Source: Dimorphilus gyrociliatus
Taxonomy: Eukaryota; Animalia; Annelida
Assembly (NCBI GenBank): GCA_904063045.1
Contig: CAJFCJ010000007.1
Location: forward strand, 1,694,873-1,758,872
DNA length: 64,000 nucleotides
Direction of reading: 5' to 3'
Shown: positions 13,909 through 25,112 of the stretch, piece after piece
Layout of the letters: every line of letters begins with the position of its first letter
Position numbering within the stretch: position 1 is the stretch's first letter
The notes under the pieces: generated by a model
Told to the model about the DNA's origin: nothing
The model's database searches: none
What the model saw: the letters and a program-made list of their open reading frames with translations, nothing else
Program-made: the position numbers and the translations under genes

Positions 13909-14215
13909 ATAAAAATCAACAGTGTCTGATATGACTTTGGTGTTCCGCTTTGCGATGTGCCTGTTTATTTCCTTGAGTGTATTGCTAATTTGATAGATTA
14001 TTTTGCACAGTAGAGTCGTTTTAGATTCATTCTCATTGATAACTACTAAGAAACTCCAAATTTTAATACAACATTTCATTTTATATATTTATTCAAATAT
14101 ATTAACTTTTTAACTAATGGAAAGTCTTTAGTCAAGCTTAAATAGTTGTTGGACACAGAAGAGAATCGAAACGAATGCTGCATGATAGAAATAAGTCAAT
14201 AAATAGAAAATTCTT

Positions 14216-15760
14216 CTAATATCTGTATCCATAATAGTCGACATACTTAAAAGCAGATTGTTGTCTAACTGCATAGGACAGCAAAAGAGCCTTATTCCTC
14301 GTTCGTCTTGATAACAACTTATTTGTTTTATTTTTGGTCGAAAGTTCTTGCTGCTTTCTTTTTTCTTCATTTATCTTCCGTCTTCTCCATCTAAAATTAA
14401 GTAAAGGTTTAAAAGAAGTCAAGCTCAATTAATTTGAGAATACTACCTCTTAAAGGCCTTTTCACATTCTTTCTTGCTTGCAGCAAAAGCCTTAGCATGA
14501 TCCTGCTCTTCCTTTTGTTTCTCTCTTTTAGATAACTCTTCCTTTTCTCTTTGTTGTCGTTTGCTATCCAGCCAATTAGGGAATGAAATAGAACTTCGAT
14601 TTTTCTTTTGTTTGTCCGCTTCGTCTGCCTCTTTTTTTCGTCTTTCTTCTCTTTGTCTTTGCTCTTCTTCTTGCTTTTGCTCATCTCTTCTTTTCTGCAA
14701 GGATTTCCTCAGCCAACACTGAAAATTAGCTTCCTGTTCTGCCTCCTTTCTAGCCTCCTCTTTTTTTAATTCTTCTTCTCTCTCTCTTTCTTGTTTCTCT
14801 CTTTCCTTTCTCTGTCTTTCTCCTTCCTTTTTCTGTGTATCACTTAAAGCATATGGGGAAACATAATGGGATATATCTACTTTTTGGGTTGACTGGAGTC
14901 TCCCAGGAGTTGATCTTGGACGTGATGATTTAGCTGATTTTGGTCTAGGCTCGTTTGGAGGTTTTGGTGTAGTCTGATCATTGTTGGATTTTTCAATGGC
15001 TTCTAATTCACTCTTTTTTACTAATTTATATGTTCCATCTTTCTCAACCAGAATATTCTCCTCTTGATCTGATTTTTTTGTAGATTTCGAATCGTTATTA
15101 AATAAATTTTGCTCATTTTTTCCTTCTTGTTGGTCGGTTTCTTCATCCTTGTTTTGAGACTTATTTGGTTCATCCTTTTTCGAGCATATTTCCTTTTCAC
15201 CCTGACTTTCGGAGTTTAAATCATCCGTTGTTCCGGAGTCTTCATTATCTTCATCGGTTTCTGAGTAATTTCGTGGAGATGGAGCTACTTCAACAACCTG
15301 ATTTGAAAATTTAATAGTTTTTTGTCTTTCATTATCGCTGCCTTGATTTTCATCGTTAGCTTCCTTTTCAAATTCTTTATTGACTTCCAGAAGTTTTTTT
15401 CTTACGTACTGTTTATATACTTCATCTGGTGGTTCTTGACCCTCTTCTTCATCTGAAGCCAATTACATTATTTATTGAAAGACTTAATCCATTCACCTTA
15501 CAAACCTGCATAACCTAAGTCTATCTTAAGATTATCAGAGTCATCGTCGTCTATTTTTTTATCATCTGATGTATATTTCACACCATCTTCATTTTCTTCT
15601 TCATTCATTAAGTCAATAATATTGTTATTCGCTTCCTTAGGCTATAAATAAAATAAATCAATATAAAAGTACCTCGACCTACTTTTATACTTACTTGTTC
15701 CTGATTTACACTTTGACTCTGGAAATTTTTGTCGTTCGGATATTCCTGATTCTCAGACAT
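14216..15760 (-). CDS. CCDC181: Coiled-coil domain-containing protein 181 (microtubule/cilia-associated)
   Basis: ATG 15760. Contains VYKQYVRKKLLEVNK, KTIKFSNQVVEV, ILVEKDGTYKL, YALSDTQK, NFQCWLRK, EKAFKRWRRRK and a C-terminal AFKYVDYY, colinear with human CCDC181 as recalled. Confidence 0.8.
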
Positions 15761-15958
15761 TATTAAAGGTAGTCAATGTTTGTATATTTTAGGCCTATAG
15801 CAAAGGCACACTATAAGAGAATTTTATATATCGAAGAGAAATATAGGATGATGATAACTTACTAAAGCTGTAAACCAATTATATATATTTCTTACGTAAT
15901 ATCTGCATCTAAAAATGATCAATTAGCAACAATCATGCTCAAATCCATATTAACTTTG

Positions 15959-15971
15959 GTTGTTTGGCAAC
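15959..15971. promoter_or_regulatory. Candidate RFX X-box upstream of CCDC181
   Basis: GTTGTTTGGCAAC fits RYYNYY-N-RRNAAC, about 200 bp upstream of the ATG. Confidence 0.45.
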
Positions 15972-16123
15972 GCACAGAAACTTGGGGCAAAGTGAGGTTG
16001 CTCAAGAGGACACTGTCTCTAACTCAATTAGAGCAATATTCGCGAAAAAGGTTTGAAATCTTATTGATTTAAACGAAATATAACATAGTTTATGCCAGTC
16101 AAAATTGTATTATATTTAAAAAT

Positions 16124-17363
16124 TTACAATAGAAAGGGAATGATAGCTTTTCTAGCTTTAGGAAAATTTTTGAATTTTTCTTGATACCAGTTATGATTTA
16201 AAAGTCCGGCGATAATCTAAAAAAATATGGTATATCAATGACAGTTTAAAAAGTCATAAAGGATCGTAGTACCTGATTTATAAAAACGAAAATCCATATG
16301 GAAATACCTGCACAATGATTCAGACCCAGAATGCAGACGAAACCACTGTAAATTATAATTTCTCCCAAATAATGAGGGTTTGAAATATATTCAAAAGCTC
16401 CTCCACTTGGCAGAACATGAGCAGTAGACTTTAAGTTTCCTAAAACAGTTTTATAAAGTAGTTTATAAATATTTCGATTTTAGCATACCAGCTTTGTCTT
16501 TTCGCAAAGCAGCAAACATTCTATGAGAATAATGTTGAAAAGAACTTCCTAAGGCGAAGATAATTATTCCGAAAAGAATCCGAGTTTGATATGCTCCATG
16601 AATGAATTCGCCAGTATCTGAGAACTTTTAAATATTAAACTGTGACTAGTTAAGATTAGAGAACTTACACACCTATTTTTTTTAACGTGGGAGCCTCACT
16701 TAAAACGGCTAAGTTAAATGTGGAATACAATATAACTCCAAGCATAAAGTGAATGATATTCATTGTGCTTTTCGAATAACTGCTAATAAACACACACTCG
16801 CAAAACCTGAAATTAAAGGAGGTTTTACTTTCTATAAAATTTTTTTTGGCTTGAAACCTTCTTGTGTCTTGCAACAGCATCAAAAATACTACTATGAATG
16901 CTGAAACAGCACCTAAAATAGAAGGATTTGTATAGATAAAACATAAAGTAAAAAATTTATCTTGCGATTTATACTTGTATTTGAGCTCAGCGATGTGTCT
17001 TGGAAAAACTTTAGAAAAAAGTTGTACCAGCCAGGAGGATCAACACTTCTTACGTAGGCATTATATACAAAAAAGGCACTGACGCCATTGCATAGTATGC
17101 CAAGCAAATAAAACCAAGTAAACCATCTATTTAGATATAATTGAAAGTTAATGAGAGTGATAAGTGATAGACACGTCTCACCTCTTTGGAACATCTATAA
17201 CTTTAACAAAGGATTTACTCTGTTTCGAATTTTTAACTTTTCCATAAACAAATAAATCATTAAAGTAAGTTGGTATTGATTTGGAATTCTTCTTAATTAT
17301 ATATGCTAGAAGTATTAATAATGTCGATATCAGCCAAAAAGATACTATGACTATGGAGGCCAT
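16124..17363 (-). CDS. SRD5A3: Polyprenol/polyprenal reductase (steroid 5-alpha reductase 3 family)
   Basis: FNDLFVYGKVK...DVPKRWFTWFY, QHYSHRMFAALRKDKAG, HVLPSGGAFEYISNPHYLGEIIIY, FVFINQ and HNWYQEKFKNFPKARKAIIPFLL*. Stop at 16124-16126. Confidence 0.92.
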
Positions 17364-17976
17364 ACCGGATATTGAACAATTTTAAACAATCTTACATTTT
17401 AGTAAAATTAAACAAATATCTAAAGTGCTCCTACAAAATAAAAAGTAAAATTTATAATATTTTCAACATGGCTATCTTTATATATCTATGTATCTCTATA
17501 TAACATTATACTTCTTACTCTAATGGGCGATAATACGGTAAACATACAATATAATTTTGTGACACTCTTTGATAAGTCAAGAGGTCTTATCTTGAAGGTT
17601 TAGATTTTGTAGAAAAAGAAATATTAGTCTTCTGTGAAGCTAGGGTGAATTATTTATCTAATAAATCTTTAAATTTGCTGTATGATTGAATCTTAAACGC
17701 CTTAGGTCACGTGCCCAGAAGAACAACATCAAGTATATTTCCAAAAGGATTTGTATATCTAGCTAATGTGATTCTTCTTTTAAAAGTTGTTTTATACATT
17801 AAATATTATTATTTCACCTGAGATTTTGCAATTGAAGTTAATAAAATTAACATAACTGGTAAGTTTTAACACTTTAAAAAGTTATTACGAGACATTTTTC
17901 TGGTATTCATTTGTGATTGTATATAACATACATATCGTCGCACCTTTGCAAAGGTAATATTCTAGTGAAAAAAACA

Positions 17977-20900
17977 ATGGCAGATGAATTTCAAGAAGAT
18001 TTACTAAGTCAAATGAAACTTGTCACACAGTTGGCACTTCTCTTAAGAGGAAATGGTAAAAATTATTTTTTTTTTACTGTTATTTATTAATGATTTTCAA
18101 GGGGACAAAATTATTACTGGAGAAAGTGCTTTGAGCTTGACAGCAGAAGGATTACATGATTTATTTAATTGTTTCAAAAAGTACTGCGATCAAGATATAT
18201 GGTATGTGATATCATGAATCATCTTTAGAACTGAGTTAATTATTTCCATCAGCTCTTCTTTTGAAGTATTATATTTAAATCAACTGGAACCCCCACAACT
18301 AATTCAAGATATTCAATTTCTATTCGATTTCGTTCAAAAAGTTAAACATTTAAAAGTTACTAGCCTTTAATAATTTTTTTTGTATATCTTCATTTATCTG
18401 GAAATATTTTCAGGTATTTCATAAACCTCAGAGCACTTTACAAGGAGATCTTCAGTTATCCTGCTTTCCAATTCTTGAAAATATAGAACTGCGGCAAGTA
18501 CCTCTTCATCTGCTTCGAGGCTTACATAAACTAAGACCTCGTCTGAAGAAGTTAGTTATTCAAAAATCAATTTCTAATGTAGAGGATGTTCTCTGGTATT
18601 GTGGTGCAGAAAGAGCTGAGAGTAAGCTTTGGCCAAAATTAACCGTTTTATCTCTGCATCATAACTATTTAGAACGTCTTGATGACTCTTTCGTAAGTTA
18701 ATTTATAAATATTTATTTATGATATTATTGTTGGATTTGTAGGAGCTCCTTCCTGAAATAATACATCTGGATCTTAGTCATAATTTTCTGACTTCAACCG
18801 ATAACTATTTATCCGTAAGTTTTTCCTTTAGAATTACTTGTATTTAAAAATACTATCAATTATTTTAGTCACTTTCAAAACTTGAAACTTTGCATATTGG
18901 GTACAATGATTTACGAATTATTCCATTCTTATCGTCAGAGCTTAGAATTACACTTACGACTCTTTCATTAAGATATAATTGTTTGGAAGACATTGAGGGA
19001 ATTGACATTCTTGTCAATTTGCAAGTTTTGGATTGCTCTTACAATTTACTGTCAAAACACTTTGTATTAAAGGATTTAATAAATCTCAAACACTTAAAGA
19101 AGGTTTTAATTCATACTAATCTTGGAAAATACTTTTATCTAATGAACTTCTCTGTAGCTATCTCTACGGGGTAATCCCTTATGTTACGAAAAGAACCATA
19201 GATTAATTGTTTGCACTTTCATCAATCCGACTATTTGCAAAGAGGTCTCATATTAAATAAAATAATTCTTTTACAGTTTATTGTATTTTGTTAATAAATA
19301 GTTAGAGTTAGATGAACGAAGAATAACAAGAAAAGAATTCGAAAAGTCTACCAGCCTTCCAAGAATAAGTTTTGAAAGCACTAGATTCTTGCAAAGTCTA
19401 CCAAGACCATCTATATCCGAGTCATTCAACAATTCGTCTGACTTGATATATTCTAGAAAGTTAAGACGAAAAAAGAGGAAACCAAACATTGAAGATGAAT
19501 CATCTGTAACTTGCGATCAAGGAATGACTTCAGAATTTGAACAGAAAAGTAATCTGCAACAGGGCGCTCAAAGTTTTCAAGACGAAATTTTGTCATTGAG
19601 GTCACAAATGGGTGAGAACTGGCTACAAGCTGTCAATGATAAATTACTCACAGATAGTAAAGAGCCTCCAGAGCAAAGAGAAACTGTTGATATTGAGGAA
19701 TCTTCTGAATTCGCTGATGAAGTTGAAAATAAACAGAATGAACTGGAAAACTGTAATCTTATTACGAAAACATCAACTCCAATTAACGTTGAAATGCTAC
19801 CGCCTTTTCACCTCTCAAATCCCGTGGGAAATAATAACCTGGATGAAAAATCTAATGAGTCTTGGAACAGTAAGCTTGTTATGAATGATCAACCAAAAGT
19901 ATTGCATTCGACCGAAGATTCAAATCCTTTATCAATTGGAAGTTCTGAGCCGGACGTGGATTTTTACATTAACTCGTCAGATTCTGATAGTGATCAGAGT
20001 AAGATTTTTTTTAAGAATAAAACTATGTTTAAATTGTTTTATTCCAGCTCCAAAGGAAAACTTGATGAGTCCTGACGACGGTGTTCAGTTTATTGTAAAA
20101 AGTTTTGAGGAATCAATTATTATTGAGATAAAAGACAATTTTTTAATTGAGAGAGATATTACGGGCAAAATCCGAACTAAATTAGATCTGACGGCTTTAA
20201 AAGATATTTCAAATAATAATGCAGGATCCAACCATATTCGCGTTGAATTTGTCTTACTAAAGAAAGAAAATCAAGAAAGAAATTATATATTTGATAATTA
20301 TAATGAAATGCAAGATTTTTTTGATAACCTGAGATCGTTCTTGAAAAACCCACAAGAGAAAGCGGAGAAATTCGAGGTATCGTTGTGTTTTAATATTCTT
20401 TAGGAAAAGAATACTTTTAATAGCGATTATTTACTTTTTTCTTGCTTTCTCGTTTATAAAGTGCCTGAAGTGTGGGGGAAGTTGGATAAGAACAGATGAA
20501 AAAGAATTAGAAACATGTCCTAGATGCAACAGTCACACTATTATCGCAAATAATACATCGTGTAAGGTAAATGTACTAGCACCTAAGATACAAGATACCG
20601 AATCTGCACCGAAAACTGACGATCTTTCAACGTCAAAAAAAAGTGGACCCAGTTTTAATTTCTTAGACAATCTATTAAACTTACACGTGTCTTTAAATTT
20701 ATTAGATGAAGAGGACACAGTACGACTATTACTTGAGGTAATAATTAATACCTTATTTTCAATTTAATTGCTTTTAACTCTTACAGTGTCAATATCGAAA
20801 GCATAAAGGCAAACGAAAGCATCAATGTTTATTAGTTTTTTCCCAAAAATATTTGTTTGTTCTGCATTTAGTTAATACTGATAGAAATTCCAAATCAGTT

Positions 20901-21811
20901 CCTTGGAAGAAAGTTGCTGTAAAAGCTGATCTTCAAACCTTAAGTTTTTTGGAGAGAGGGCCATTTTGTCAATATCTACGGATTGAATTTCAAAATAAAA
21001 CAGATATTGCGCCTACAACATTTTTTTTTCCTGATGAAGATACGGGAAAAGCATTTATTGAGAAACTAAACATTAATTTTACAGAATTATTGGATAATCC
21101 AAATGTTTCGCTTCACGTTGAGAAGTGCCGTCCTGAAACGCAGGAAGCATTACAAAGACTTTTCCAGTCAGAGGCCAGTATTAGCCTGCCAGATATTCTG
21201 TACTATACATTTAGTATTTGGTATTTATCTGAAACTGTGAGACTAGATATTTCACTTATTCTGAGCGATGAGGATATCGCTCTCGTAGATGAAAATTTTG
21301 AATATTGGTTTGTTGAATGAGACAGCTTTTACTATTCATAATTCAAATAAGAAATATCACTGATCTTTTTAAATCATACGGTTTAGTTATTTATTGGATA
21401 AATTGTTTTCAAAATAAGTTTAGTTATAACAAAATTTTAAGGAAGTTATTATCTGATCACCCAAGCGTAAGAACATTTTATGAATGTCCTACTTGTTCAG
21501 TTAGATCCCAAATATAGCTATTCTCATTCAATAAACCAAGGCCGCTATCCTATAATGAACAACTTCAGGCGAAAGACATATCGAAACTTCCGCAGCAGTT
21601 CAAGATTTTACACAAAAGGAGAATTACTAACATAGAGTCGTTATCAATTGAACTTGATAATACCATACGCATAAATTTCTTTCAAGAAGATGAGGAAAAT
21701 GAGCCGTGGTACATTATATTGCAAACCGAAAGAGGATTGAAGTCTTTGATAACAGCTATACAAGAACCTTGGAGTAAAGCATTTGGAAGCGTAGAATTGA
21801 AGGTTAATTAA
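17977..21811 (+). CDS. STK11IP: STK11 (LKB1)-interacting protein: N-terminal domain, LRRs, acidic linker, C-terminal PH-like domains
   Basis: ATG 17977. IQFLFDFVQKV; LRRs (LSLHHNYLERLD, LDLSHNFL, LSLRYNCLEDIEGIDILVNLQVLDCSYNLL, LSLRGNPL); CLKCGGSW and CPRC zinc knuckle; final exon ...LITAIQEPWSKAFGSVELKVN*. Confidence 0.8.
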
Positions 21812-22260
21812 AATTAGAACGCTGTTGGTGTAATTATTTTATGAAATTAAAATTATAATGTTCTGCATATGTAATATTCTAATATAAATATTTCGTCTTT
21901 TACTCTATATATCCTGGCCTATCACTGTTTGCTGAATATTGCGTGTTTTATTTACTGAGTAATATACTTCGATGATCAGAAAAAGAATGAAAAAAAATTA
22001 CTTTATCTGCTACTCAAAAAGCTATCTTTAATGAGAACTATATGTAATACTCAAGTAATATCAAAAAAATCTTTGTATATTCAAAATTATACTGTCAAAA
22101 AATATTCAAATTTACTACTTTACATCTAATAAGTTGTTCTTATCTATATTACTTCCTTCTTTTTTACGTAGAGGTACTGTTCAAATAGTTTTTAATGTGT
22201 GAAACTATATATGGCTTCTCGCTCTAATGAGTAATATTGTGCAGGTCAATTGTTGAAAAC

Positions 22261-22278
22261 ATATATATATATATATAT
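22261..22278. repeat. (AT)9 microsatellite
   Basis: Direct reading; lies downstream of STK11IP. Confidence 0.85.
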
Positions 22279-22894
22279 GTTCAAAAAGTAATATTCAATA
22301 TTTTACACTCTTAAGGTAAGAAAATTGTGCTCACAAGCGAAATTATAAAAGCAGCTTAGATCCCTGTCCGAAGCTTTGACTGTTTTTGACGAGATAATAC
22401 GAGTTTATGGGCTAGTTGTATAATAGTTTAATAGATAATAACAGAAAACTTTAGTTTTTCAATAGAATTCTAATTAAGATAGTTCTGCTTTTTTCAAGTT
22501 CGTTTTTTGTTAAAACGGGATATATTCCATTTGAGATTGATAACTATATACTTTTAAACAATTTTCTGTTATGAAAATTTGAAAATTTCTTTGTTAATTG
22601 TTACGGAATGTTAGTATGTAAATTTAAAAAGCAATATAATAATGTATTTGTTATTTAAACCGTATTCTGTAAATTTGATTCTTATTGTTGTGTAATTTAA
22701 CTTTATAATTTAATATTATTTTTTACTAATTTTAATTTTTAAAGTTTTCTAACGTAACTGAAATGGACTTTTAGTTTTTTAGTAGTTCATTTCATTTCCA
22801 TCTTTGATGGTGTACACTTTAGCATGTAGTGGATTTTCGAATGCGAATAATTGTTTTTTGTATTTTGACATATAAAGACATCTAACCACAAACA

Positions 22895-22908
22895 ATTTCC
22901 ATAGCAAC
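22895..22908. promoter_or_regulatory. Candidate RFX X-box upstream of the ACP7-like gene
   Basis: ATTTCCATAGCAAC, a close match to GTTNCCATRGNAAC, about 105 bp upstream of ATG 23013. Confidence 0.5.
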
Positions 22909-23012
22909 CGTTTTCTATCGAGACGACATCTAGCGAGCAATATATAATCGACAAAACACCAAATTGCATTCATCTTTACTCCATCTGGATCTCTATTAGA
23001 ATCCTTTGTGTG

Positions 23013-24568
23013 ATGGTGTCGTGGCTCTACTACTTTACCATCTGGCTCTACTCAAACAGTACGTTCGCTTATCAGTTTATTAAACGAGTATTACTAGGCC
23101 TAGCAATGAAAGAGGCTGCAAAATCAATAATTTATTTGTGGAGAATCAATAATTACATTTTTTAAAACTAATTTCAGATGCTGTTATCTTGGCAAAACCT
23201 TTCGCTCCAAGAATAACCTTTGGAAATGACCCATCAAGCCAGATGACAATTGTTTGGTCAACTGAGCGAAATGAGACTTCGTTTTTACGCTATGGGAAAA
23301 TTCATGATCGATTTCTCCAAGTGACCAATGGCCAAATAGTCAAATTAACAGAAAAAAATTCAAAAGCAAGAAAGTATATACATTGTGTTCACTTAAAAAA
23401 CCTAGATAGCCACACAAAATACAAATATTATATATCTAATGACACAAAAAAAAGAGAATTTAAAACAGCTCAAAATAGCTCAGGAATATTTGATGTAATC
23501 CTCTTCGGTGATATGGGCACAAAGGATAGTGATTTATCTATTAATCTCATTTCTGCGTACAATCCTGACTTTGTAATTCATAATGGGGATTTTGCATATG
23601 ATATGCATGATAATGAAGGAAAAGTTGGAGATGAATTTCTCGGACAAATACAGAAAGTTGCTTCTAAAATCCCTTACGTTGTTAACATTGGAAATCATGA
23701 TGTCATTTACAGTTCTCATTATCGCACAAAATTTGCTACGCCATCTGGAGTTTGGCCTACACCTAAAAAGTCTATGTGGTACTCTTTTGATGTTGGTCAG
23801 ATCCACTTCATAGCTTACAGCAGTGAAACCTTTTACACCGGTTCACAAACCGGTCATTGTTCCCAGTATGACTGGTTGAAAAAAGACTTGGAGAAAGCTA
23901 ATAGGAATAGAAAGCTTCGACCGTGGATTATTGCATTCGCACACAGACCCATGTATTGCTCTGCATTTGATTTTGATGACTGTACCACAGGAAATTCTCT
24001 TGTAAAGCAAGCTTTTGAGAAATTATTTTATGCCTATGGTGTAGATATAATAGTTGAGTCTCATGAGCATATGTACGAACGAACCTATCCTGTTTTTGAC
24101 GGCATTATGGTTCAGAATAACTATATTGATCCGAAAGCCCCTATTCATTTTATTACTGGTGCAGGTGGGTCACGAGAGGGTCGTCAATTGGCAATAGATC
24201 TATTCAGACGTGAATGGAGTGCTTTCATCTATAGATCACATTTTACAGTCAGTCACTTTCAGGCTGTTAATTCGAGCCATATTTATTGGAAACAAATTAG
24301 ATCAACAGATAATAAGACAATTGATAAAATTACAATTGTCCAAAATTATCATGGACCTTTCAACGAATCTATGCATTCAGCCTTGTTCTGTACTAGAATT
24401 GTTTTATACATACCACCACTAACAGTATTTATTTTATGTTTTGCAGTAACCTTTTTACTCTGTTTGAGCGCAATTGTATTTTATTGTCCTAAACGTGACA
24501 AATCAAAACGACTAACTAATTATTTCGGGTATGACAATCGTTTTTACCTAAGAGATGATTACGAATAA
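23013..24568 (+). CDS. ACP7: Purple acid phosphatase type 7-like with an added C-terminal transmembrane helix
   Basis: join(23013-23058,23178-24568); exon 1 MVSWLYYFTIWLYSN is signal-peptide-like and in phase. All five metal motifs are present: GDMG, GDFAY, GNHD, AHRPMY, SHEH. FN3-like N-domain (MTIVWST, YIHCVHLKNL). Hydrophobic LYIPPLTVFILCFAVTFLLCLSAIVFYC lies near the C-terminus. Confidence 0.88.
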
Positions 24569-25112
24569 ACAGTATTAATTTTTTACCCTTTAATTATCTG
24601 TTCTTAAAGAAGATAATTGTTAAAATAGCATAACATCTTAAATATTAATTTTTTCTAATCTTACTATTGTAAAAGAGGCTATTTTTCTAAAAGAAAATTA
24701 TTCAATCTTTCTTATACTTAAAGACGTAAGTGTGTAATGTCACTGCAAGAAATAAATGACCTATTTTATAAACATTGATCTGAATGTGGTAGAATTGAAA
24801 ATAGCTATGAAGACTTTGAAAGCATTTTATATATCTTATTATTGCACTACTTTCAATCAACTGTAAACAAGATTAATATGAAATTGTCATAGCCATATCG
24901 AAAACCTGATTTTAGTTTCTTTTTTTTTTTTGGAGAAAAAAAACATTTGGCGAAACTTATAATTTATCTACTGACGAAAAATTGGCACTAATAAATAGCA
25001 TTAGTCTTCAGCAATACTGTTTTGCTTCAAGATTAGGCAGATAAATATACAGGATTGTTTGAACGATTTTCAGAATTCCTAGTATACAGCAGCACCCCAT
25101 TAGCTTAGAATG

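Noticed and set aside
21318-21320. Apparent premature stop in STK11IP suggesting a pseudogene
   Set aside because: It falls inside a plausible intron; the 25-nt exon at 21442-21466 restores the frame.
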